Assembly (NCBI GenBank): GCA_023261745.1
Contig: JAGDXR010000026.1
Location: 1-44,329 of the forward strand
DNA from: Thermoplasmata archaeon
GTDB lineage: Archaea; Thermoplasmatota; Thermoplasmata; Thermoplasmatales; ARK-15
Reading direction: 5' to 3'
DNA: 44,329 nt
Positions 1-8,159 of this stretch are shown here, piece by piece (within the stretch, counting starts at the first letter, position 1; each line of letters starts with the position of its first letter). Position numbers and translations under genes: made by a program. The notes under the pieces are model-generated. The model worked only from the letters and a program-made list of their open reading frames with translations. It searched no databases and was not told the DNA's origin.

Positions 1-700
1 CATGGTTGACATCACGCACGAACCGTCTCTCCCGCCCAGATATATTTCTCAGTTTCCTTTTGGCAGAGCGGGTGCCTAAGTGCTGTAATCTCCTCTTTAA
101 ATACTGGTATCTCCCTTTCACTTCCCTCAGATGTCTGCTGTTGAAAAACATGTTATTTGATAATACCCCTATATTCTTTATGCCTCTGTATATTCCAAAT
201 ACTTTCACTTCTTCTTTTTTCATCACCTCTTTATCTGGAATTTTCACCTGAACCATTATGAATATTTTTTTACCTTTTTCATCTATTACTAATTGAGCAT
301 TCGTATATTCAACCCTGTATTTGTCAATCAAAGGATAAAGTTGCACTGGATAAACCAATCTGCCATGTACCGTGGTGAGTGATATCCTATGTGAATCGGG
401 ATAGAATTTAATACCATTTACATATCTTATTGTAATAGATTTTTTATTTATTTTTTTCTTAAGATTATTGGTTTTCAATGCTTCCGATGACTGATCCATA
501 GTTGTCTTAACCAGTGTAAATGATAGTGTGGATATCCTTTCCCTTACAGTTCTGTATGTCTCTTTATTGATTCCGTTTTTATTGAATGTTTTATTCTCAA
601 AACTATAGTCCAGAACCATCTTCGTAGCTTCTTTGAACTGCCTAGCAGTTTCAATGAGCAATCTGTCATAAGGAAGCTTCAGTTTAATAGTTCTGAACAT
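1..700 (-). CDS. tnpB: TnpB (IS200/IS605 OrfB) RNA-guided nuclease homolog, 3' part off-window; RuvC-I catalytic Asp replaced by Tyr
   Basis: Hand translation from ATG at 700 is open for 233 codons to the window edge: MFRTIKLKLPYDRLLIETARQFKEA...KVFGIYRGIKNIGVLSNNMFFNSRHLREVKGRYQYLKRRLQHLGTRSAKRKLRNISGRERRFVRDVNH. N-terminal RTIKLKL, a RuvC-I-like strand G-I-x-R-G-I-K-N and the basic helical region ending in NH are typical of TnpB. Confidence 0.9.
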   Translation of the reverse strand, partial: MFRTIKLKLPYDRLLIETARQFKEATKMVLDYSFENKTFNKNGINKETYRTVRERISTLSFTLVKTTMDQSSEALKTNNLKKKINKKSITIRYVNGIKFYPDSHRISLTTVHGRLVYPVQLYPLIDKYRVEYTNAQLVIDEKGKKIFIMVQVKIPDKEVMKKEEVKVFGIYRGIKNIGVLSNNMFFNSRHLREVKGRYQYLKRRLQHLGTRSAKRKLRNISGRERRFVRDVNH

Positions 701-723
701 TATCTATTAACATGGAGAATTTA

Positions 724-737
724 TTAATAAATTTTTC
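724..737 (-). promoter_or_regulatory. Putative BRE/TATA promoter of tnpB (leaderless)
   Basis: Minus strand GAAAAA-TTTATTAA, with the TATA-like element 24-31 nt upstream of the ATG at 700; no Shine-Dalgarno. Confidence 0.55.
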
Positions 738-842
738 AGCTGAGGGAACTCCGTGTATCTCTTCTCTGAAGACCAGATTTTACTGCTTCCCTCAAACTCC
801 TAACTATTCAATAAAGATTTCCACAAAACAAGAATAATACAA

Positions 843-857
843 AAAGAATTTATAAAA
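843..857 (+). promoter_or_regulatory. Putative BRE/TATA promoter of tRNA-Ser
   Basis: AAAGAA-TTTATAAAA about 20-35 nt upstream of the tRNA 5' end. Confidence 0.55.
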
Positions 858-877
858 TAAAATTTTTACGAAATTAA

Positions 878-963
878 GCCGCGGTAGCCTAGCCCGGATG
901 AAGGCGGTAGACTCGAGATCTACTGTTCGCAAGGACTCGGGAGTTCAAATCTCCCCCGCGGCG
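878..963 (+). tRNA. tRNA-Ser (anticodon CGA), no intron, CCA not encoded
   Basis: Acceptor stem GCCGCGG (878-884)/CCGCGGC (956-962), discriminator G, anticodon arm GTAGA-CT-CGA-GA-TCTAC, long variable arm, T arm GGGAG-TTCAAAT-CTCCC. Confidence 0.97.
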
Positions 964-1053
964 TTTGTTAGCATATTTAAAAAAAATTCATAAAAAATAA
1001 AAGGGTCGATGGTATTAAATCCTTAATTTCTGATTACACTTCGGGTGAGTTAT

Positions 1054-2070
1054 ATGGTTTTCGAAAATTGGCTGAAAGATATGGTTTTTGAATTTGGAGT
1101 AAGTGGATATGAGGAACCCATAAAAGAAAAAATAATGGATCATTTAAAAAGATACGGAACTCCTCATAACGACAAAATAGGAAACGTTTATTTTACTTTT
1201 GGTGGAAATGGAAAGCATATAGCATTCATAGCTCACATGGATGAAATTGGGGTCATAGTTACACACTTAGACAAATCTGGCATGTTGAGAATTAAAAGGG
1301 TTGGAGGTGTCGATTCAAGAATGCTATATGGACAGTATTTGGAATTTTTATGCAGGGATGGTAAAAAAAGGTTAGGTGTTATTGGCCTGAAACCACCTCA
1401 TGTATCAAAAGAGGATGAATTGAACAAATGTTTTTCAGGGGAAGAATTGTATGTGGATGTAGGAGCAAGATCTAAGGAAGAGGCTGAAGGCCTGGGCTTC
1501 AATGTCCTTGACCCGGGTAGATGGGTTAAAAATTTCATTAAGCTTAATGACAGGTACATTGTGACAAGGGGAATTGATGACAGAGCAGGTGTTGCAATGC
1601 TTCTTGAATTTCTCGAAAGAAATTTCAACAAAAATCTGAAGAATAAGATTACCCTGATATTTACTGTCCAGGAAGAAACCGGCCTTAGGGGTGCCAGGGG
1701 AATAGAGGATTCTGAGTATGATGAAATATATGTAATAGATAGCGTCACTTCTGCTGATATGCCAAATGTAGATTATGCTCTATCCCCAGTTTCTCTGGGA
1801 AAGGGTCCCGTATTCAGATTTTATGATGCACGGGGAGCAAATTCATTTTCTTTGCTGAAGAAATTAAGGGAAGTGGCAGAAAAAAACGGAATAAAATACC
1901 AAGAAGTTGTGACCGGAGGTTCCACGGACGCTGCAGGAACTTTTGAGAGAGGTATACCAAGCATTGCCATAAGTTTTCCCATAAAGTATACACACTCAAC
2001 TGTAGAAATGCTGGATCTCAATGATATAGAAAATGAAATAAAATTGATGGAAAAAATTTCAGAAATTTAA
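1054..2070 (+). CDS. M42 family (TET-like) metallo-aminopeptidase
   Basis: Motifs GVSGYE, AHMDEIG, RGIDDRAG, TVQEETGLRGA, GGSTDA, YTHS. ATG at 1054 follows a GGTGAG RBS (ORF track starts at GTG 1045). Confidence 0.93.
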   Translation: MVFENWLKDMVFEFGVSGYEEPIKEKIMDHLKRYGTPHNDKIGNVYFTFGGNGKHIAFIAHMDEIGVIVTHLDKSGMLRIKRVGGVDSRMLYGQYLEFLCRDGKKRLGVIGLKPPHVSKEDELNKCFSGEELYVDVGARSKEEAEGLGFNVLDPGRWVKNFIKLNDRYIVTRGIDDRAGVAMLLEFLERNFNKNLKNKITLIFTVQEETGLRGARGIEDSEYDEIYVIDSVTSADMPNVDYALSPVSLGKGPVFRFYDARGANSFSLLKKLREVAEKNGIKYQEVVTGGSTDAAGTFERGIPSIAISFPIKYTHSTVEMLDLNDIENEIKLMEKISEI

Positions 2071-3290
2071 TTCTTATTTTTAATTTCTTCTTTTATTGCT
2101 TTACCTAGCCTTCCTATTCCTTCAACGATATCTTCATCTCTTGAATATGTGAAATTCAGCCTCATGGAATTTCTACCCCTTCCATCAGGATAGAACGCCG
2201 TTCCAACAACATATGCAACCTTGTTTTCCAGCGCCTTCTTCAAGAGCTTTTCAGTATCAAGGCCCCAGTCAACAGTTACCCAGAGAAACATTCCACCATT
2301 TGGCCTGGTCCATGTAACACCCTCAGGCATCGATTCCTCAAGGGATTTAAGCATGAGATCCCTTTTCTTTCTGTATAATTCTACGATCTTAGGTATCTGC
2401 TTATCTATCATACCACTCCTGAGATATTCAAGGGCAATATACTGGCTGAATACGTTTGTACAGAGATCAACGCCCTGCTTCAGTAATGCTATCTTTCTCG
2501 TAATGGCTTCATTAGATACAACCCATCCAAGCCTTATTCCTGGAGACAGTACTTTGCTGAAAGTGCCCATGTATATGACCCTGTCTTCCTTGTCATAATA
2601 TTTAATGGGCATAACAGGATCCCCAGTGAACCTTATTTCACTGTATGGATCATCCTCAAATATTATAAGATCATATTTTGAAGCTATTTCAAGCAGATGT
2701 TTTCTCTTATCCACAGACCATGTTAACCCTGCGGGGTTCTGGAATGTTGGTATAACATATATGAATTTAGGAACCTTTTTTTCATTAATTGCCTTTTTAA
2801 TTTTTGCATCAAGTTCATTTAAATCCATTCCATCCTCTTTTAATTCTACTGTTAACCATGATGGCATCTGGGCATTGAATGCGGATATTGCACCAACGTA
2901 GGTCGGAGCTTCACTTATAACATAGTCCCCTCTGTTCAAGAAAACTTTTGATACCATGTATAAACCGGACTGACTGCCGTTAAGTACAATGATATTTGAG
3001 GGGTTTGTTGAAATTGAAAATTTATCCTTCATCCTTTTAGCAATCTGTTCCCTTAACTCTGTAACTCCTTCAGTTGTTCCATACTGCAGTGCTTTCGTGC
3101 CATAATTGTCCATTATGTTATTCAGAATTTCCTTAATATTTTCAATTGGAAATGATTTTGGGTTTGGCATACCTCCACCGAATGAAATTACATCGGGCTG
3201 CTCGGCATATTTCAGCAACTCTCTTACCGCAGATCCCTTCAGCGTTTTGGATATATCTGAGAACTTGGATTCTAAATCCATAAAATCCAC
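2067..3290 (-). CDS. PLP-dependent aminotransferase class I/II (LysN/aromatic aminotransferase-like)
   Basis: ISFGGGMPNP, LQYGTTEG, IPTFQNPAG, EDDPY, GTFSKVLSPGIRLGW (PLP lysine), MRLNFT. True start may be ATG 3281. Confidence 0.92.
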   Translation of the reverse strand: MDFMDLESKFSDISKTLKGSAVRELLKYAEQPDVISFGGGMPNPKSFPIENIKEILNNIMDNYGTKALQYGTTEGVTELREQIAKRMKDKFSISTNPSNIIVLNGSQSGLYMVSKVFLNRGDYVISEAPTYVGAISAFNAQMPSWLTVELKEDGMDLNELDAKIKKAINEKKVPKFIYVIPTFQNPAGLTWSVDKRKHLLEIASKYDLIIFEDDPYSEIRFTGDPVMPIKYYDKEDRVIYMGTFSKVLSPGIRLGWVVSNEAITRKIALLKQGVDLCTNVFSQYIALEYLRSGMIDKQIPKIVELYRKKRDLMLKSLEESMPEGVTWTRPNGGMFLWVTVDWGLDTEKLLKKALENKVAYVVGTAFYPDGRGRNSMRLNFTYSRDEDIVEGIGRLGKAIKEEIKNKN

Positions 3291-3352
3291 CGAATGGTGT
3301 AATGATTAATAAGATATTAAATTTTGGAAAAAATTTAATTTAAATTTTAAAA

Positions 3353-4651
3353 TTATTTTATTTCAGGTGGATTGACGAGATGGCAGGCGACTAAGTGCTC
3401 GTTCCCTATGTCCTTTAGCTTGGGGTCAACGGGTTCATGCATCTTTATCTTCAATAGATTTCCATTAACAGATATTTCCTTTATCCCATACAGGGCCCTT
3501 GTCTGTTCCTTTTCCTTCTGTATTATGGATTCAACAACACCCTGCTGAACTGGATTGTTGAATGTTACTTCCATGTTAAGGTCATCTATTACGTTCATCT
3601 CCTGAATCTCTGCATTTCCCATTTCAGGGTTCCTTTTATTATCAAGAACAAACCTTAATGGTTCAATAAGTTCATCTGTTGTAAATCCGCAGGGTTCAAA
3701 TGCATGTCTGCATCTAGGATGGAAGAAACATCCATTTGGAGGATTTATTGGGCTCGGAACATCACCTTCAAGAATTATTCTCTCAATCTTTACCCTTGGA
3801 TCAGGAATTGGAACAGATGATAATAATGCCTGCGTATATGGATGTTTTGGGTCCTTGAATATTTCGTCTTTCATCGCACTTTCAACTATTTTTCCGAGAT
3901 ACATTACCATTATCCGGTCAGAAATGTGCCTTACAACAAGAATATGATGCGTTATGAAGAGCATTGTAAGGTTGAATTCTTTTCTGAGATCCTCAAGTAA
4001 ATTCAAAACCTGTGCCTGAACTGAAACATCAAGTGCTGAAGTCGGTTCGTCAAGGACAATGAACTCGGGACTTAGGGAAAGGGCCCTTGCAATGGCAACC
4101 CTTTGCCTCTGACCCCCAGATAATTCATGCGGAAACCTGTACATGAATTCTGCGGGGAGACCAACCTTTTCTAGCAATTCCTGAACCCTTGCATATGCAT
4201 CCTTTTTCTTCCAGCCAAATGAAAAAAGTGGTTCTGCAACTATATCTTTTATAAGCATCCTTGGATCAAGGGAGGAATATGGATCCTGAAATACAATGTT
4301 GAACTTCTTTCTCATTTCCCTCAATTTATTCTTATGCATGTGAAATATTGAATAATTTTTGAGTTCCTCATCCGATAATTTCTGGTTTGATTTTATTTTG
4401 TTAAGGACTTCTGGTGGCGGAGAAAAATACAGTTCTCCACCTGAAGGCTCTATTAATCTGATAAGCAGCCTTCCAAGTGTTGATTTACCGCATCCTGTTT
4501 CTCCGACAAGACCTACAACTTCCCCCTTCTTTATGACTATGTCAACATCATTTACAGCTTTAACGTATATGTTTGATCTTGAAGTCAATCCCGTCTTTAT
4601 AGGGAAGAATTTTTTAAGATTTCTTCCTATTATCAATTCTTCTTCTACCAT
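3353..4651 (-). CDS. oppF: Oligopeptide/dipeptide ABC transporter ATP-binding protein (OppF/DppF-like) with C-terminal insertion
   Basis: GETGCGKST, FQDP, LSGGQRQR, VLDEPTSALD, HPYT and Cys-rich C-terminal domain. Confidence 0.9.
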   Translation of the reverse strand: MVEEELIIGRNLKKFFPIKTGLTSRSNIYVKAVNDVDIVIKKGEVVGLVGETGCGKSTLGRLLIRLIEPSGGELYFSPPPEVLNKIKSNQKLSDEELKNYSIFHMHKNKLREMRKKFNIVFQDPYSSLDPRMLIKDIVAEPLFSFGWKKKDAYARVQELLEKVGLPAEFMYRFPHELSGGQRQRVAIARALSLSPEFIVLDEPTSALDVSVQAQVLNLLEDLRKEFNLTMLFITHHILVVRHISDRIMVMYLGKIVESAMKDEIFKDPKHPYTQALLSSVPIPDPRVKIERIILEGDVPSPINPPNGCFFHPRCRHAFEPCGFTTDELIEPLRFVLDNKRNPEMGNAEIQEMNVIDDLNMEVTFNNPVQQGVVESIIQKEKEQTRALYGIKEISVNGNLLKIKMHEPVDPKLKDIGNEHLVACHLVNPPEIK

Positions 4652-4660
4652 TTTAACACC

Positions 4661-6046
4661 TCAGTAAAGCCAGCATGCAACATAATGATCCTTTTCTATT
4701 TCTTTCATAACAGGTTTTTCCCTTGTGCATATCTCCATGGCGTGTGGGCATCTTGGATGGAACCTGCATCCTGCCGGTGGATTCACAAGATTGGGGATTG
4801 ATCCGGGTATAACATGAAGTTTTTCCTTCATTGTCTTATTGGTGGGTATTGATTTCAGCAATCCCTGGGTATATGGATGCTTTGGTTTGTAAAATATATC
4901 ATCCTTCGGCCCTATTTCAACAATATTCCCTGCATACATAACCGCTACACGGTCCGCTATGTCCGCAATTACACCAAGATCATGTGTGATAAACAATATT
5001 GATGACCCTATCCTGTATTTTAGATCTTTCATCAAATCCAGTATCTGTGCCTGAGTTGTAACATCAAGGGCTGTCGTGGGCTCATCTGCTATCAATAACT
5101 TCGGATCGTTTGCCAGAGCCATTGCTATCATTACTCTCTGCCTCATGCCCCCAGAAAGTTCATGCGGATATTCCTTCAATATTATATCCGCATTGTATAT
5201 GTTAACCAAATTTAATAATTCCATGGCCTTCCTTTCCGCTTCCATTATTATTCTCTTAAAAACTATTCTGTGTATTATTGGAAATCTCCAGAAAAATCTC
5301 TCATGCCCATTGTTTTCGACAAGTTCTTCCAGATATTTTCTTTCAAGTGAATTGAGTGGCTTATCATTTCGGATATTATTCATCCTTTCAGATTTCTGGA
5401 GCCTTGTAAGATCCTTACGAAACATTATAGACCTCAACTGTTCCATCAGTGGTTTTAACTTTGGATCTTCAAGATATGATTTTATTTTATCTTCCTTGTT
5501 ATTCAACACTGCATCCACCATATCGCTGAAATTTGCATTATTTATATCAATTCTTGAAAGAATCCTCATTGCAAGCTCATTTTTGCTGTGATATATCAAC
5601 GGTTCTGTAAGCTGATAACCAATTTTCAGAACTGGATTAAGGGCGGTCATTGGCTCCTGAAATATCATAGCAATCTTTTTACCCCTTATTTTATTTACAA
5701 ACTCCTGCCTCTTTACATACCTTCTCCTGTTATACTTTAACTTTACCTTCCCCTTTCTTCCATATTTTAGCCATACATCGGGTTTCTTCATGTTAACTAA
5801 TGGATTTGTCATATCTATATTTTCAAAATATATATGGCCTTCTACTACCGTTCCATCTGTCGGGGGAATTAAATTCATTATTGAAAGGGATGTTACGGAT
5901 TTACCGCATCCTGTTTCTCCGACAAGACCAAGAGTTTCATTTTTCCTTATTTCAAATGTCACGCCATCCAATGCTTTAACAACTCCCTTCCATGTCACAA
6001 AATGAACCTTCAGATTTTCCACAGTTATCATGGTTTCATCATTCAT
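4661..6046 (-). CDS. oppD: Oligopeptide/dipeptide ABC transporter ATP-binding protein (OppD/DppD-like) with large internal insertion
   Basis: GETGCGKSVT, IFQEPMTALNP, LSGGMRQR, IADEPTTALD, HPYT, CRFHPRC...C...VAC. ATG 6046 follows an AGGAGGT RBS. Confidence 0.92.
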   Translation of the reverse strand: MNDETMITVENLKVHFVTWKGVVKALDGVTFEIRKNETLGLVGETGCGKSVTSLSIMNLIPPTDGTVVEGHIYFENIDMTNPLVNMKKPDVWLKYGRKGKVKLKYNRRRYVKRQEFVNKIRGKKIAMIFQEPMTALNPVLKIGYQLTEPLIYHSKNELAMRILSRIDINNANFSDMVDAVLNNKEDKIKSYLEDPKLKPLMEQLRSIMFRKDLTRLQKSERMNNIRNDKPLNSLERKYLEELVENNGHERFFWRFPIIHRIVFKRIIMEAERKAMELLNLVNIYNADIILKEYPHELSGGMRQRVMIAMALANDPKLLIADEPTTALDVTTQAQILDLMKDLKYRIGSSILFITHDLGVIADIADRVAVMYAGNIVEIGPKDDIFYKPKHPYTQGLLKSIPTNKTMKEKLHVIPGSIPNLVNPPAGCRFHPRCPHAMEICTREKPVMKEIEKDHYVACWLY

Positions 6047-6050
6047 ATTT

Positions 6051-6971
6051 TTACCTCCTGAACCTTGGATCAAGCGCATCCCTCAAACCATCACCAACGA
6101 GGTTCATAGATAGTGCAAATAACAGCAATGCAAAACCTGGGAATACTATGGTCCACCAATCTCCTACGACAGCATATGAATAACCTATGCTTGACAGATA
6201 TCCAAGTTCCGGGATATAACCTCCGGATGAAGCACTTGAAGACCCTCCAAGCGTCGGGACGAATCCCAGAAAGGATAGTGTTGCAAATATCAATGCGACG
6301 CTTGCAAGATCCATGGAAAACTGCACAAATATCGGTGCAAGGGTATTCGGCAGAATATGCTTGAATATGATTTTATGATTTTTTGTAGCGGATGCCCTAG
6401 CGGCTTCAATATAAGCCAGTTCTTTTATGTAAAGAACCTGTCCTCTCACTACCCTTGCATATGTGGGCCACCATATAATGATCAATGCAAATGATATAAT
6501 TAATATGGTTCTTCCCATGAAAAATGCAATAGCTATTGCAAGGACAAGAAATGGTATGCTGAAGAATATATCTGTAGTACGCATTATGATCTCATCTATC
6601 CATTTTCCGAAATATCCGGATACAAGTCCCAATAAGATACCGCTTATGGCTCCTATTCCAACAACGAAAAACGTTATTCCAATATCAAGCCTAATGGCCT
6701 TGAGAATCCCCTGAAAGAGATCGATTCCCGGGAATGTTGTACCGAATATATGCTGTGAACTTGGAGGCAATGGGGATGGGTTGTAATAATTGGGCATGAG
6801 GGAATTTACATCGGTAAGACCTATCAATCCGGGATCAAATTCATCTATTAATGCTATTAAAATGTAAATCATTACAACTACCAGACCGAATACAGCACCC
6901 GGATCCCTCAAGAATATCTTCATTGTTATGATAAAACTTTCAAGTTTCGGGTTTCTTTTCTTTTCTACCAT
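6051..6971 (-). CDS. oppC: Oligopeptide ABC transporter permease (OppC/DppC-like)
   Basis: PPSSQHIFGT, YIEAARASA (EAA loop), HILPN, NLVGDGLRDALDPR; hydrophobic segments. ATG 6971 follows GGGTGA. Confidence 0.92.
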   Translation of the reverse strand: MVEKKRNPKLESFIITMKIFLRDPGAVFGLVVVMIYILIALIDEFDPGLIGLTDVNSLMPNYYNPSPLPPSSQHIFGTTFPGIDLFQGILKAIRLDIGITFFVVGIGAISGILLGLVSGYFGKWIDEIIMRTTDIFFSIPFLVLAIAIAFFMGRTILIISFALIIIWWPTYARVVRGQVLYIKELAYIEAARASATKNHKIIFKHILPNTLAPIFVQFSMDLASVALIFATLSFLGFVPTLGGSSSASSGGYIPELGYLSSIGYSYAVVGDWWTIVFPGFALLLFALSMNLVGDGLRDALDPRFRR

Positions 6972-6972
6972 T

Positions 6973-8055
6973 TCATTCACCCAGCCTTATCCTTGGATCT
7001 ATTACAGCATATAGAATATCCACCACAAAATTCGCGGACACCAGAATTAAACCAAATACTATTGTAGAGCCCATTATACCACCAGAATCCAAACCCATCA
7101 TCGCCCAGTATGTCCAGTATCCCATACCTGGATAGTTAAATATTTCCTCAATAACCACAACTCCTCCCAGCAAACCGGCAAACAGAAGACCTGAAACCGT
7201 TACCACGGGAATAAGAGCATTCTTCCTGGCATGCTTTTTTATAACTATTTTTTCCGGAACACCTTTTGCTCTTGCTGTCCTGACATAATCCTGATTAAGT
7301 GTTTCCATCATGGAGGATCTCATATACCTCATAATACCTGCTATGGAGGTGAATGCAAGTGTTGCGGCAGGAAGAATTACGTGTCTTACTGCAGAAATAA
7401 ATACAGGTATATCACCATGTATCAGGGCATCTATCATCATTATGTGTGTAGGATAAGATATTCCAAGGTATTGATTATACCAGCTCTGCCCAACAAGGAG
7501 ATTTGCGTCTACTGTTCCGCCAAGTGGGAAAATGTTTAGAGATGGGCTTATGGTAGGAGTTGCAAATGCCTCTGCAAGTATCTGTGCAAGCCAAAATACT
7601 GGCAGAGAAATTCCAACAAATGCAATAAACCTTGTAAACTGGTCAACAAAACTGTTTTTTCTGACAGCAGATGCCGTCCCAGAAGGAATGGCAATAAACA
7701 TGGCAATTACGTATGCCACTATTGCAAGCTGTATGGTGTTGGGCATGAACAATGCTATGGCAGTTGTTACCGGACCTGTGTATATGGCGGTTTTTGTTAA
7801 TCCCCAGTTGCCCTGCACTAATGCCCACATATAATAAAAATACTGTACCCAGACAGGATCATTTAAATGAAACTGCTTTATCAGCTGCTGCTTTTCTATA
7901 AGCTGCTGCTGTGCTGATAGCCTCGGATTCAGATAGGGACCTATTATCATGTTGGTTCCGCCTGCCCTGGTCAGGAGAAATACTATTATAGTTAGCCCTA
8001 TAAGCGTTGGAATTAAAATTAAAATCCTCCTTATTACATAAGTGCTTAGCTTCAT
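6973..8055 (-). CDS. oppB: Oligopeptide ABC transporter permease (OppB/DppB-like)
   Basis: YVIRRIL, QDYVRTARAKG, KHARKNALIPV, EEIFNYPGMG, VDILYAVIDPRIR. Confidence 0.93.
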   Translation of the reverse strand: MKLSTYVIRRILILIPTLIGLTIIVFLLTRAGGTNMIIGPYLNPRLSAQQQLIEKQQLIKQFHLNDPVWVQYFYYMWALVQGNWGLTKTAIYTGPVTTAIALFMPNTIQLAIVAYVIAMFIAIPSGTASAVRKNSFVDQFTRFIAFVGISLPVFWLAQILAEAFATPTISPSLNIFPLGGTVDANLLVGQSWYNQYLGISYPTHIMMIDALIHGDIPVFISAVRHVILPAATLAFTSIAGIMRYMRSSMMETLNQDYVRTARAKGVPEKIVIKKHARKNALIPVVTVSGLLFAGLLGGVVVIEEIFNYPGMGYWTYWAMMGLDSGGIMGSTIVFGLILVSANFVVDILYAVIDPRIRLGE

Positions 8056-8121
8056 TCAAATTTCCTCCATTTTAGCATGAAATATCTGAAAATAACTTAA
8101 ATTTTTCGAACATTTTGCTCT

Positions 8122-8155
8122 GAAAAAAATCAAAAAATAAAAAGGGTAAAAAATT
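8122..8155 (-). terminator. Oligo-T terminator-like tract between oppA and oppB
   Basis: Minus strand TTTTTTACCCTTTTTATTTTTTGATTTTTTT immediately after the oppA stop, followed by a BRE/TATA-like GAAAAATTTAAGT upstream of oppB. Confidence 0.5.
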
Positions 8156-8159
8156 TTAT

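Larger units (their letters stand above)
1..810 (-). mobile_element. IS200/IS605-family element (tnpB directly behind the left end, IS1341-like); right end lies outside the window
   Basis: tnpB ORF preceded by a 110-nt left-end/promoter segment (810..701). 751-805 matches 27043-27097 at 49/55 nt. On the minus strand TTAT (814..811) precedes the inferred left end, and AAAA (781..778) precedes an imperfect hairpin TCTGGTC-TTCA-GAGAAGA. No tnpA between the left end and tnpB. Confidence 0.85.

Noticed and set aside
6..251. Plus-strand 81-aa ORF in the track
   Set aside because: Antisense shadow of the minus-strand tnpB.
878..963. tRNA as an integration site for a provirus or island
   Set aside because: No integrase and no duplicated tRNA fragment seen; IS200/IS605 elements target short motifs, not att sites.
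3383..5587. Inteins in OppD/OppF
   Set aside because: The inserts lack the terminal His-Asn and the intein block motifs.
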